64,000 nt of DNA from Vicugna vicugna. Its lineage: Eukaryota. This document shows positions 13,271-26,019 of the stretch, in pieces; position 1 is the stretch's first letter; every line of letters starts with the position of its first letter. The stretch lies in assembly GCA_013265495.1 (NCBI GenBank), contig MU058844.1:11864184-11928183 (forward strand), given 5' to 3'. The translations under genes and the position numbers were made by a program. A model generated the notes under the pieces. It was not told where the DNA came from and did not search any database. It saw only the letters and a program-made list of their open reading frames with translations.

Positions 13271-14247
13271 TGTGATTCTGCCCAGTCATATTCCCGGTAC
13301 CTCTGGAGGGAAGGGAATATGGGTGCCAGATGCTGGCAGTCAGAGGCTACCAAATGTGCACTTTCTCCTTTTCTTTCACAATTGCAATCTCCATCTGAGG
13401 AGGTTCTCCTACCAGGCTTGGGAAGGTCATGTGCTTACACTTTACAAGTACAAAGGAGACGGCTGGTTCCAACAGTCCTAATAAGTAAAACATTAAGCAG
13501 CAGATGGAATCTATCACCAAAACTGGAGTTAATACACCATCTTTTAAAATGGCACCCTTAATATTATAAATTGAAAAACAATCATAGATAGAGTCAATGG
13601 TATAAATGAAAATAAAAAGTATGTTCCAAGGATAACTTGTGATGGGCTGCTTAACAACATAATGAGAAAAACAATTGCTAAGGAAGTGCTTCTTCCCATG
13701 CTCCCTCCCACCTCCACCTCACCTCCAGAGAGCCCGTGAACACTGCCTGGGACATTGCATCAGCATCTGCTCCATTTTCACACTAAGATGGAAAAGATAA
13801 CTTTACAAATAAAAACTGGGAAAAATTAAAGTATGCTGTCAAATGCAGAAAGCTCAACTAAGTAATAAATATTCTAGAATGATAGCAACATGTAACTTGG
13901 TAAGCTTTAATTCATGAAGCAAGTTTCCATTTTAAAATTTATTTGAATCACAGCTTTTCCAGCTAAACTGATCTTAATCATTATCTGGTGCAGTGCATTT
14001 TTTTAAACCATATTTTTAAGGAAACAGAAGAATTTCATCAAAAAAAAAAGGAAATAAGAAGAAACAAAAACACAAATTTCATGAGGAATCTCAACATGTT
14101 GCTTAGGTTAAAGGAATGCATAGACAACCAGAGCTCTATAACATGACACCATCTTCATCACCAAACTTCTCTAGAAGCAACCTTTAGACTCCTATGGATC
14201 TAAAGAAACTACTATTAGTGAATTGCTTTCATTTTGCAAATGAAAGA

Positions 14248-14680
14248 TGTGGCACAAAATGATTAGGGAAGCCTCCTAGCATTTGCATCTTTATGTAAAA
14301 GCCTTCTATTAAGTGTGCATGGAAAATGTGACTTGCTTCTATAGCAAAGGTAATGAGATGTCATTCCGAGGATTACATTATATCATGCAAAACTTTCCTT
14401 GCTAGCCAACCTGCCCGTCTCTCTCTCCCCTTCTTCACTTTGAAGAAGCAAAATGCCATGAATTTTGTAGCCACAATTGAATATTGCCAAGAATCATGCA
14501 AGTGGAGGATGCAGATGCTTCCATAGTTAAGCTTCTGGAAGAAAACACAGTCGTGGTCAACACACTGATTGCAATAGAGCTGAAGCAGACCTCTGACCCA
14601 TATAAACTGAGATAAATAACTGTGTGTTGTTTAAAGGCACTAAGTGTATGGTAATTGTTACACAGTATTGAAAACTCAAA
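14248..14680 (+). mobile_element. MaLR solo LTR (MLT1E/F-like)
   Basis: tgtgacttgcttct...gcaaaggtaatgagatgtcattcc and terminal tgtgtgttgtttaaaggcactaagtgtatggtaattgttacacag. Confidence 0.85.
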
Positions 14681-14733
14681 GAAATGACATCCATAAAATA
14701 TATCTAATCCAGAGCCAAAGATAAAACCCACTT

Positions 14734-15170
14734 TTTTAACTGATGTATAGTCAATTTATAATATTCATAGCAGCACTATTTACAATAGCCAAGACATGGA
14801 AACAACCTAAATCTCCATCGACAGATGACTGGATAAAGAAGTTGTGATATATATATGTAATATGTATATAGATACACATGTGTATTACATATGTATATAC
14901 ACACACAATGGAACACTTCTCGGCTATAAAAGAGAATGAAATAATGCCATTTGCAGCAACATGGATAGACCTAGAGATGATGGTGCTAAGTGAAGTAACA
15001 CAGAGAAAGACACATATCATATGATATCACTTATCTGTGGAATCTTCAAAAAATGACAGAAATAACTTATTTACAAAACAGAAACAAACTCACAGACATA
15101 GAAAACAAACTCATGGTTGCCAGTGGGGAAAGGTGAGGGAGGGATAAATTAGGAGTCCGGGATTTGCAGA
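14734..15170 (-). mobile_element. LINE-1 3' insertion with 5' inversion (twin-priming structure)
   Basis: Antisense T-run and 3' terminus at 14732-14762, then sense-oriented ORF2 end/3'UTR at ~14763-15170; TSD agataaaacc(c/t)actt on both sides. Confidence 0.9.
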
Positions 15171-15228
15171 TAAAACCTACTTCTTATGGTTAGAATTTTC
15201 TACCTCCTTGCGGCCCCCAAGAAAATGA

Positions 15229-15770
15229 ATGTAACCAAGATGGCCTTGAAGATGCCCCCAGTGTCATTAAACTTTAGGCCAGTTTCTTCCTGACTTTTGC
15301 CCTGTGTCTTCTCTTTTCTTAGAGAATTTACTTTTAAAAGTTGTAATTGTCAATTCTTTCTCTGCCCCTTTGAGATATAAATCTTTCCCCAGCCTCTGGC
15401 TCATTCTACTACATAGGAAATCCTTCTCAAGGACATAGGAACCATATCTTTAAAATTTAATAATTAAAAAAGACTGAGCCTCAAATCCCCAGTCTCTGAG
15501 GGAGGGTCGGAATCTAAATTAGATAACCTGCCACATCGCAAACACATTGACCAAACTCCCCATAAATGTCTTCCAGACTTTTCCACCAGCTCATCTTAGC
15601 ACTTAAAAAGAAATTCTACTGCCTTTTGGTTCAGCAGAATTAAAACACTTTCTTCTACTGTATAATCTTGAAATTTATTCCAACAGTCTTAACCCCTATT
15701 GCAATAGCCATGAATAGTAACATCTTCCTTGTCTGTTTTAACTCCACCCAGTGTTTGCCCAGTTCCAGGA
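15229..15770 (+). mobile_element. ERV1 solo LTR (MER67/MER31-like)
   Basis: cttagagaatttacttttaaaagttgtaattgtcaattctttctctgcccctttgagat; ccagtctctgagggagggt; cccctattgcaatag. Confidence 0.75.
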
Positions 15771-15946
15771 GGTATCATTCATACTTTATTCCCATTGAAC
15801 TTCATGGAGTTGTGCAACACGGTGGTCCTACTGTACATACTAGTTTTTTTTACCAAAGAGTAGTTTAAGAAGTTGAAAATCATCTTCTTCAGCAGTCCTG
15901 GATGATCTAAGTATATTCAAGTTATACAGAACTCAACTTCAAGATA

Positions 15947-16478
15947 CAGGTGTCTTGGAGTATTGCGGGTTCAGTTCCAGACCACTCCAATAAAGATGAA
16001 GCAAATATCGCAATAAAGAGAATCACGTAAATTTTTTTTGGTTTCCCAGTGTATATGAAAGTCATGTTCATACTATACTGTGGTCTCTTCAGTGTGCAAT
16101 AGCATTATGTCTAAAATAACAATGTATATATCTTAATCAAAAAGATTTTATTGCTAAAAATGCTAACCATCACCGGAGCCTTCAGTCAATCATAGAGTTT
16201 TTGCAATAGTAACATCAAAGATCACTGATCACAGAGCAACATAACAAACACAATAATAATGAAAGTTTGAAATATTGTGAGACTGACCAAAATGTGACAT
16301 AGAGATATGAGGTGAGCAAATGGTGTTGGAAAAATGGAACCGGTAGATTTGCTCAACACAAGGTTGCCAGAAACCTACAATCTGTAAAAAATAAAAATGA
16401 AAACAACAACAACAAAAAAACTCAAAACAAAAGACAGTATCTGTGAAGAGCACTAAAGCGAAGCACAAGGCATGCCTG
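15947..16478 (+). mobile_element. Tigger1 internal-deletion derivative (TcMar-Tigger DNA transposon)
   Basis: Left end CAGG...tattgcgggttcagttccagaccac, right end gtatctgtgaagagcactaaagcgaagcacaaggcatgCCTG, TA dinucleotide on both flanks. Confidence 0.92.
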
Positions 16479-17456
16479 TATGCCGATCTTACTGGAATGG
16501 TTGGTTTTATACCCCGTGAGATATTATTTTACTGTTGGTTTCACCCAACTCATGGGTAGAAGCCAAAATTTAATTCATACTCTCTGGGTGAGAATTTTCA
16601 GTGTTGTGGCAAAATTTCAACCGGAAACCACAAATCTCAGTGGTTTCATAACATTTATCTAAAACTAACACTTGTAGTGGAAATAAGTAATGTGACCAAC
16701 TGCCATAAAAGTGTCATTACAAAACAAAATTTAAGTATGGACTCCAATAATTTATTCTCACATATACAAAGTGGCAAAGGCTTCTACCTAAGAGACTTTC
16801 TTTTTAATTTATATTTTTCAGAGACTATTAATTACGTGTGTTTATTAATAATTTGAAAAGTTATAAATTCCAATACGTACATTATATATCACAACTTAAT
16901 TTAGTCATTTGAGAAATCCAGTCTCAACAATCACGAAACAAATTGATTCTGTCTCTTTGTTTCAAAGAGAATAATTGATATTATATAATTACATACACAT
17001 TTATTAGTGAGGATTGAGAACTCTTTTTGCCTAAAGACAACAATTTTATGTTTTACTAGTATATACAATTTCCTTTCTCCAGCAAACTACTTTTTATAAT
17101 TTAAAGATAAACTGTTGTTACCTCTTAAAAGATACTGTATTTTTACTATAAAATAATACATGTTCATTATAATTACATGGAAAATAAAACTGTATAACAA
17201 AAAACAATGATTTATAATTTTATCAAAGAGGATCACTAATATTCTTGGTATAGTTTCTTCTAGTTTTTATTTTTAAGTACATAGTTTTTTTTTAAGAAAT
17301 AAATGTTACAATCATTCTGATTAAACTCTTAGGTAATCTACTTTATTAACTTAGTATAATTAAGAATTTTTTCCTAGGTGATTACTACCTGTTTTCAAAC
17401 ATTCTTTTAAATGACTGTAATATTTCACTAATGATTAACTTAATCCTTGCTTTCTT

Positions 17457-17499
17457 TTTTCCCTTTTTAAAATTGAAGTATAGTCGATTTACATTGTTG
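17457..17499 (-). mobile_element. Ultra-short 5'-truncated LINE-1 3' terminus
   Basis: tttttaaaattgaagtatagtcgatttacattgttgt is the reverse complement of the L1 end seen at ~2565-2620; flanked by 16 bp near-identical repeats. Confidence 0.85.
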
Positions 17500-17849
17500 T
17501 AATTCTTGCCTTCTTATTAAACATATGCTTAACCACCAGAATGCTAACTAGAATTTGAACTGCTGAACTGGATGGATTCCTGTTTCAATAGTGTAAACTT
17601 TCTGCTCCTGTTTACATTCACTCAGAAGCTGTATTTATCAGTGGTTCAATCCCAGAGCATGGCTTTAATGAGCTGAGAGATCGATGATTCTGACAGGGTC
17701 AGACAGGTAGAGGACCCTCTTATGGAGATTATCACCACCCTTCTACTGAACAAATGACTGACTGATGGAACGAGCTCCCCACAATCAATAACTGGAGTTT
17801 GCTTCCTACCATCTGATAACCTGCAGAAATTCAATAAAAAATGTCTACG

Positions 17850-17940
17850 TTTATGCCTTTGTGTGTTTTTCTAGAGAGGGACCATAGGTTTCATCAAATT
17901 TTCAAGAAGTCCATAACCTACCAAAAAGTATTTAGCTATT
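17850..17940. mobile_element. hAT-Charlie (MER5/MER3-like) terminal fragment
   Basis: gagagggaccataggtttcatcaaattttcaagaagtccataacc resembles a Charlie-group end. Confidence 0.5.
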
Positions 17941-20249
17941 AAATGCAGGAAGAGTTCAACACATAGCAAAAAAAATTAATAATTTGTTATATGACTTATC
18001 TATCCTATTATCATATTTTCCTTTTCTGTGAGATTAAAACTGCTTGTTTTTGTTTACATGTTTATAAAATGTCACCAGCCTGGAATTTGCCCCATCTGCT
18101 CTCAATCTAGTTTTCCTTGGTTAGACACATATGACAGATGAAATTCACATGTTAACACACTAGTAAGGTGTCTGTGAATGGCCCAGTAGATTATGCCTTC
18201 CCCAGTAATTTCTGGCCTGAGAGAGAGGGGAACTACCATCCTTGCCACACTCTGAGGACAAAAATATTGGGTTGTATCCTCTGAGGGGACAGAATGTCCT
18301 TTTTTACACCGTGAAAAAGTACCACATGGGTTGGCAGCAGTCATGTATTCACACAAGGACAAACTTCTGTTGACATGCTACTCCCAGCATTAGATGTAAA
18401 TTTACCTCTTTTATCAAACTTAAGAAAGTGAACAATGGTCTTATTTAAGATCTCTTTATAAGGACCATCAAGTAATCATCAAAACATGCAAAAATGTAAA
18501 TATTTTGCTATTATTACTTATGTTTGGTAACAAAAATATTCGCATCTATGACTGACCTGGTAATATACTAGGATGCAGTGCTACTCTGATAAGAAAAATG
18601 TCAACCAGCATAGATTTTGGAAGTTGCTTATTCATTTATTTTTAATCTTACCTGTTGCCAAAGTTCTAAGGTGTTCTATATAGTTATACATGAAATGAAA
18701 CAAGAAATAAATTTTTTAATCAATTGATGAAGAAATAGATCAGAGGGAAATGAGAATAAGGTAAGATAAAGTCAGAAGTGAAGTTGATAGGTATATCTTG
18801 CAGGTTGAGATCCACTAGAGCTTGGTTATAAATTTAAATTAACTTTTGCAAGATACAGTTTAAATTGACAAACAGAGAGAGACATTTTTTAAGCAGAATA
18901 TCCATGTTTAAAGCCACCAGCTCCTGGTGTAGTGTGGTGCAAATTTACTTATTTTATTCATAAGATAAAATCAGTCATTTGTTCACAGTGGAAGCACAAC
19001 TAATCCTGGTACTAAGACCAGACAGAAATTTCCCCCCAAGCGTCTTTCCGAGGAATACTCTGTGATATATAAATACAGTGAACAGAACCATATGCTTCAT
19101 AGGTCTTTAATTTTTAACTTCCTCAATGTAGACTGTTGGATTCACAATACATTAATATTCAGAAAATTATACTTTAACAGAGATGAGAACAATGTGGTTT
19201 GAGGTATCAGTTACCAGCCTATTGTAATCAGAGGAAGATTTGAGTCAATTTCAACGTATGGTTTCAAAGCGGTCATCTGCTTGCAGACACCAACCTGCAG
19301 AAGTGTTTTGCAGACTGAGGAATAACTGTCTCTTAGATTGGAATGTGACCTCCAGGATGCCACAGGTCACATTATTTGTCTTTTTTTCAATTTTGTTACT
19401 TCCTTGACTTCCCTAGTCCTTTAAGTTTGTAATCACCAGTCTAGAGGGGTGAATGCTCTGCACCTCCTTCAAGGATTCCTCCATAAACACTCTCATTCCA
19501 GCTTTGGATAAGCATCTGGAGCAGTGACATCACAATAATATGCTCTGAGAAGTGTCTTGAATACAGCTAATAAAGGTTGCTGAATGAGCAGTGATAATAC
19601 AGGAAAACAGTATGACTAGCATCAACTTAGGAAGGCTAATGAAGCCCACCCTACCTCTTCATGGGCAATGACTGGATAACTGTAGGCACTTCCTGTTACA
19701 CCTTTCCCAATCTGTGAGAATAGAACCATCTGAGCATCAGAGTGGAAGATGGCATGTTTACTTTTTCTAGTCTTTATAACTGTGTAGGCAACTAAGCAGA
19801 CCCGAGGAAGAAAATTGTAACTAGAAATTGCTATGTAATTCCCAGGAAAATTATTCCATTCACATTAATCCAGTAACATTGATGCAAAAATGTGTGAACT
19901 CATGCATTTTTAACCCATGACCAATTTCTGATCGTGAGCTTAACTGGCAAGGTAAGTACAACAAAAACTTAAGTTTTCGGCAACATAAGAAAAGGTATAA
20001 TAGCGCTTGATTGTAGAATAATCATATCTATTGCTTACCAGCTCTTGAGATAGAAAAGCTGCTTGTGAATTTGCCAAATCCTACTGCTTTTTTGTTTATT
20101 AACATAACAGCAGGGGTTGGTTGATATAAATTTGAAAATAGCACATAGTGTAATTACATAATTAAATAGATGAATGTCAAAGTTATATATTATGTACGCT
20201 GGCAAAAACAGAATATAAAGCTGTCAAAATACATACTTGAGTCAGTATT

Positions 20250-20550
20250 TGATAATTATTCTATTAAAATTGCACCTCCCCATATACTCCCCAACAGCAT
20301 TCTGTATTTGCCTTTCCTGCCTTATATTTCTCCACAGCTCTTACCATCATCTAACATTATGTATTTTGTATGAAGTATCTTACTTATGCATCTTATTCTC
20401 TGGCTCCTGCAGTAGATTTAAACTCCATTAGGACAATAATTATTTTTCCGCTTCACCAAGACAGGGTCTATGTATCTCCAACAAGTGTAAATGTTCCTAG
20501 CACTTAGTAAGTATTCAATACATATCTATGAATTATTAAACAGAATGATT
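20250..20550 (+). mobile_element. LINE-2 3' end
   Basis: agtagatttaaactccattaggac...cctagcacttagtaagtattcaatacatatctatgaat. Confidence 0.8.
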
Positions 20551-21714
20551 TGTAGTCAGTTTTCTTTAAAACATATAAAAGACTTTGCAAAAACTAAAAT
20601 CAACTAATAGAGACATCAAATAGAATTTTCCAGTGGAAGATGTATTGTTTATATTGCTTCTCTTTTGAAATCTTGGTGGTAACAATTACAGCCTTTATGC
20701 TTCTCTCTACAATAATTTCAATACATTCTTATCTCTGAGGATCATCACTAGAGAAAACAACAAAAACATGATGGTTCTGGCAAAGCGGGTTCTGATAAGA
20801 TGATACAATAAATGGTCAACACTTTGGGGGAAAACAATCTCTGCTTATTTATTACTGAAGTGCATGCTAACCAGATACCTATCTCTTAATGAGGTCACAG
20901 CCATGCCATTGGATGGCTTTGTCGTCAATAGGAGAATTCATCTGTTTCTGCCATCTAGGATGATTAAGTCTTGGAAAAAACCTATTTTTGCATCATTACA
21001 ATTTATTCCCATAATATATATGCTATTGAAATGTCCAGATTTCTCTGTTGTCCATGAAGAGTCATAATGCAAACAATTAAAGAAGACTGGAACAGCTGGT
21101 AGGAAAGACCAGCAATCTGTTTAGTTCATTAAGTCAGGTCTGGTTGCTATCATGTAACATGTGTGTCCCACAAGCACATTTTGGCCATCAGCAGTCATCC
21201 TAAACCTCAGTAAGAATTCAACACAGATTCCAACTGCTTGAACCATCAAGGATTTTCCTTTTAAAACAGCTTCTCATGTGACTGTGAGTTTACCCATTGA
21301 AATAGAACCTCTCCAACCAAGAAGGATTGAAACTTAAGATTAAAGGAGAGCAAACCAAAAACTCAGTTCAGCTTTCGATATGAAAATTACTAGCATCTCC
21401 TTACTAATTTTGCTCAGTGATGTCAAGGTCAGTTTTGACACTATTTATCATTAGCCTTAGCAAGGATTCGATTCTGAGAGTTCCTTTATGGAAGGGCATA
21501 CATTCATAAAAGGAATGACAAGTAAAGTCAAAGTCAAAGATTTATGAATAAAAATACTTAGTTTGGTGATAACTCATTGCCTTTTCCTAATTAGCAAAAG
21601 ATTTCAAAATTAATCTCTTCTTATTTTTCTTTTGAAATCATCTTTGCGTTTTGTCATCTGTTGCTTAAAGTACAAAGCATACAAAGATTTTGAAAAGCCT
21701 TCACAGAATCAGTA

Positions 21715-21945
21715 TAACTTAGAGATCAGGCAGACTTGAGTTTAAATACTGGTTTGGTCCCTGTTACCACTGTCACCTAGAGCAAGTTACACAACCTTTC
21801 TAAGCCCCCACATTCTTATCTATCAATAGAACTAATAATGTTATCAAATTCAGGGTTGATGTAAGGTTTTAAAGGAGATTATCATGCAAAACCTTTAGCA
21901 CAGTGGTACATCACAAAAGAATGATAAATATTGGGTATTATTAGT
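21715..21945 (+). mobile_element. MIR SINE
   Basis: gcaagttacacaacctttctaagcccc...aaaacctttagcacagtg. Confidence 0.8.
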
Positions 21946-23464
21946 AGGTACCAATTTTGAATACATAGTATTAACTTTTCATACTTGATCACATGCAAGG
22001 CTAATCTAAGTCCAAATGGTAAAGTCTAAGACATCATGTAAAATCAAGGAAGAGTGGGCAGGCTCCAGAAGCCATGGTGTAGGTGTGACTGTCTGGCTAT
22101 CATGAACCACTCAGACCTGAAGCTCTTGGCAACTGTTGAGATAAGCCACCTCTAGGTCAAATTCAACTTGCCAGATCTCTCTCTCAAGAGCTCTAAAGTC
22201 ATCCAGCCAAAATGACAAAATGACACTTTCCTGGTTACTTGGGAGGTCAACTTGTTGATTGGCCCATTTCCTTGACATGCTCAATCCCAGTGACATCCAA
22301 GTCCAGGGCCACTTCAGCAGGGACCTATGGGAGGTCTCTAACTCTGACTTCTCTTTATTTAAAAGTGTTCCATCTCTGAGATTGCAGATTGACAATCTAC
22401 TCTCCTCCTACAGTCATTTTAGCTTTCTCATTTCTGATTCCTTCAGTCCTATTTATGTTTTCCTCAGTGCCATTATTCTTTATCATAAACCAGAAAAAGC
22501 CCCACACCTCCAGGCTCTTAATACCTCCAATGTCAAAAAAAAAAAAAAGATAAAATAAAATTGAGAACTCTACCATGAACAACTCTCTTGTTTCTTGTTT
22601 TCATTGTGCTTGACGGCCTCTCAATGCAACATATCCAAATTCAAACCCATTATCTTCTTTAAAAAGATAATTGCTCCTTCTTATTTATTTCCTTAACTCT
22701 ATTTTTAATAAAACTAACCCAAATATCCTAGTTACTGATCAAGCATTCATTTCATTAGACATAGTAATGAAAAGGTACTATCTCAAAATAGGAACTAATT
22801 AATAATATTCACTGCCAGGTTAATTGGAAAAAAAAATCAATACAGGGTATGCTCAATTAAGGTCTAATAGTAATGATTGTAAAATCATTTTGAAAATCAC
22901 TTCCTTGTTGAGACATCTGACTTTCTGTGATGACAAAATATTGGCATAAAAGGCATTAATTTAATAATAAAAGTAAACCATTTTAGTTGAGATTATTACT
23001 AAATTATTATAATGATTCAAGTTTTACTTTACTAATTTATAAAACTACAATAATTTTTGTTTAATTAACCCATGATCAGAATTGTCTCTTCAAACATTCC
23101 TGTGACTTTTCTTTGATGGATGTACTATTTACTCTTTCAGGGCAAGGAAATGCACAGAAAAAGTTTCAGATGTCAAAGTAGTTATCTGGCTAACCATACA
23201 AAACAGATCAACATTTCTCTTTTCACATACACTAACTGCTGCACTGTCAGAAAACGCTTCTGACAGATGGCATGGCTGCTCTGGGATCAGTGCTCTTCTG
23301 TTAGTTATTACTGACAAACTGAGCATTTTACATACGTCTGAAGTTATACTAGAAATTATATTTGAAACCTTGGAAGCTATATATAGTGGTACTTTATATC
23401 AAATGTGATTTATATCAAACACATATTTGACTAAGAATTATTTCATAAATATGCAGCAACTATA

Positions 23465-23715
23465 TGCAGTAGCTTAAAACAGAGGTTCTGAAGCTGACCT
23501 GCTGGATTTCAACTTGGCCTAAGTTCTTTACTATATCAGTGACCCCATGCAGATTATTTAACCTCTCTATTCCTGTTTCCTCAACTGTAAGATGGCAATG
23601 AAATAATATCAACCTCAAAGGTATTTTTAAAGAGAATTAGATATATTAACTCATGTAGAAGACTTAAAACACTTCCTTGTTTATAGTAAATTTTCATAGT
23701 AAATTTTCCTATTAG
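23465..23715 (+). mobile_element. MIR SINE
   Basis: ttatttaacctctctattcctgtttcctcaactgtaagatgg. Confidence 0.8.
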
Positions 23716-23764
23716 TATTAGGTAAAGGCATTACCAATGAGCAAAATTAACTTCAGGAAGAAGA

Positions 23765-23990
23765 GAATCACCAATATTCATTAGGCATCTATCATCTGCC
23801 ACATTTGTGCTGGCTACTTTAACCAGATCATCTCAAGTGGTTCTCACAACAGACTTGTAGAAATTGCACCTACCCACAGTGAAGAGGTCAAAATTAAGAT
23901 TTAGTTCAAGTAACTTAGGTAAAGATACAAAACTACCATATAAGAAGCCAAGATTGGAAACTACCCCTCTGATCCTCTGACTTTCTACCA
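23765..23990 (-). mobile_element. MIR SINE (diverged)
   Basis: tgtgctggctacttt...catctcaagtggttctcacaac...gttcaagtaacttagg. Confidence 0.6.
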
Positions 23991-24119
23991 CATTTCCTAC
24001 TAGTCATTTCACCCCTTTTAATAAAATTTTTACTTGCTTAATTTCAGTATCCTTGAATTTTTAGCTGGACTACATCTTGAATATAATCTATAAAATTGTC
24101 ATCTTTAAACATAGGAGAA

Positions 24120-25605
24120 GAGAGACTTTACATCCTTCACAAAAATAAACTCAAAATGAATCACAGTCATAAATGTGAAATACAAAACTACAAAACTCCT
24201 GGAAGATAATATAGGAAAAAATGTAGATGATCTTCAGTATGGTGATACATTTTTAGATACAACAAAGACACAGCTATAAAAAAAATCATTGATAAGATGG
24301 ACTTCTTTAAAATTAAAAACTGCTCTGAGGAGAAGAAAAGCCACAGACTAAGGGAAAATATTGTAAAAGATGTATCTGATAAAGGACTTCTATCCAAAAC
24401 ATACAAAGAACTCTTAAAACTCAACAACAAGAAAGTAAACTACCCAGTTAAAAAAAAAAAAAAGGATCAAAAGACACAGAATGGCAGATAGGATTAAAAA
24501 ACAAGAACCTACAATATACTGCCTAGAAGAAGCTCACTTCAGGGTAAAGGCACATACCAACTGAAAGTGAGAGGATGGAAAAGATATTTAATGCAAATGG
24601 AAGTAACAAGAAAGCAGGGGTAGCAATGCTCATATAAGATAAAACAGATTTTAAAACAAAGGCCATAAGAAAAAAAAATGGGCCAAGGGCCTTAACAGTA
24701 CCTCATCAAAGAAAATACATGGATAGCAAATAAGCATATGAAAAGATGCTCCACATCATATGTCATCAGGAAAATGCAAATGAAAACAAGTAGATACTAC
24801 TACATACCTATTAGAATGGCCAAAATCTGAAGCACTAACACCACCAAATGTTGGGGATGATATGGAGCCGCAGAAACTGTCATGCAAAACTGATGGAAAT
24901 ACAAAATGGTACAGTCACTATGGAAGGCAGTTTGGTAGTATCTTACAAAACGAAACTTACACCCCCATCCAGTCACCAATAACTCTCCTTGATATTTACC
25001 CAAAGGAGTTGAAAACTGATGTCTGCACAAAAACCTGCATGTGGAATTTTTGCATCAGCTTTATTCATAACTGCCAAAAGTTAGAAGCAATCAAGATGTA
25101 CTTCAGTAGATGAATGGATAAATAAATTCTGGTACATCCAGACAATGGGCTATTATTCAGCATTAAAAAAAATGATCTGTCAAGACATAAAGGAAACTTA
25201 ACCACATATTAATAAGTGAAGGAAGCCCACCTGAGAAGCCTATATTTTATATAATTCCAACTATATGACATTCTATAAGGAGTAGAACTAGAAAGACAAT
25301 AAAAGATCAGTGGTTTCAGGGGGTTGAAGATGAAAATACTCAGTATAATACAATGATGGCTATGTTATTATACATTTTTCCAAATCCACTGAAGGTACAA
25401 GAGTCAACCCTTAGGTAAACTATGGACTTCAAGTGATTGTCAACATAGGTTCATCCTTGGTAAAAAATCTACCATTCTGGTGAGTGATGTTGATAAAATG
25501 AGTGAGACTGTGAATGTGTGGGGACAGAGGGTATATGGGCAATCTCTATACCCCTCTCAATTTTATTGTAAATCTGAAACTGCTCTAAAAATGTATTTTT
25601 TAAAA
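24120..25605 (+). mobile_element. Old LINE-1 (L1MC1/L1MC2-like) ORF2 3' part and 3'UTR, degenerate
   Basis: ttcacaaaaataaactcaaaatgaatcacag, tatctgataaaggacttctatccaaaacatacaaagaactc, 3'UTR aacccttaggtaaactatggact...aaactgctctaaaa; ORF-track hits 24297 and 24862 are remnants. Confidence 0.92.
24464..24670 (+). mobile_element. Internal LINE-1 ORF2 endonuclease-domain fragment nested in the older L1
   Basis: atcaaaagacacagaatggcagataggattaaaaaacaagaacctacaatatactgcc...gcaggggtagcaatgctcata matches the ORF2 N-terminus and is out of order in the host element. Confidence 0.85.
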
Positions 25606-26019
25606 AGGAGGAGGAGACTGAAGCTTAGAGAGTTTAAATGACTTGTCCTGAGGTCATGTGGCTATCCTATTTCTTTCTTTCTTCAGCTATCAATGTTTTT
25701 TTTTTAACATACTAAAACCATCCTCTTTGAATGTTAAAAACATTCTCTTGGCCATTATCCATATTAGACAGCAATTTGATGAATATGTATGAGGCCATAA
25801 TGACTGGGGAATGAAAGGGCCGGCCACTAAGGAAAGTGTTGAACCAGGTTCTGAGACTGAGATAAAAAGAATAGCTTTGCTGGTGGATTACAGTTGTTCC
25901 AAAGGGGGAGTTAAGTTTCATTTGGAAAGGAAATGAAGAAAGAGAAAAAGGTGGTGTTGATGTCTAAAGGAACTGACAGATTTTCCACACCTCCTTTAAA
26001 AGTAATTATAATCGCTTTT

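Noticed and set aside
18620..19200. Possible ancient non-LTR repeat fragment
   Set aside because: Resemblance is too vague to assign a family or boundaries without a profile search
23244..23266. Hairpin CTGTCAGAA-aacgc-TTCTGACAG
   Set aside because: A 9 bp stem is too short for a miRNA precursor and is expected occasionally by chance in 64 kb
23683..23708. 13 bp tandem duplication atagtaaattttc x2
   Set aside because: Ordinary slippage micro-duplication in a MIR tail
23465..23990. Inverted MIR pair as a dsRNA-forming structure
   Set aside because: The copies are too diverged for stable pairing; adjacent MIRs are common
25712..25800. Peptide SNMDNGQENV loosely recalling a segment of LRRC7
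   Set aside because: Match is very short, there are no suitable splice sites and no other exons of that gene are seen; treated as coincidence
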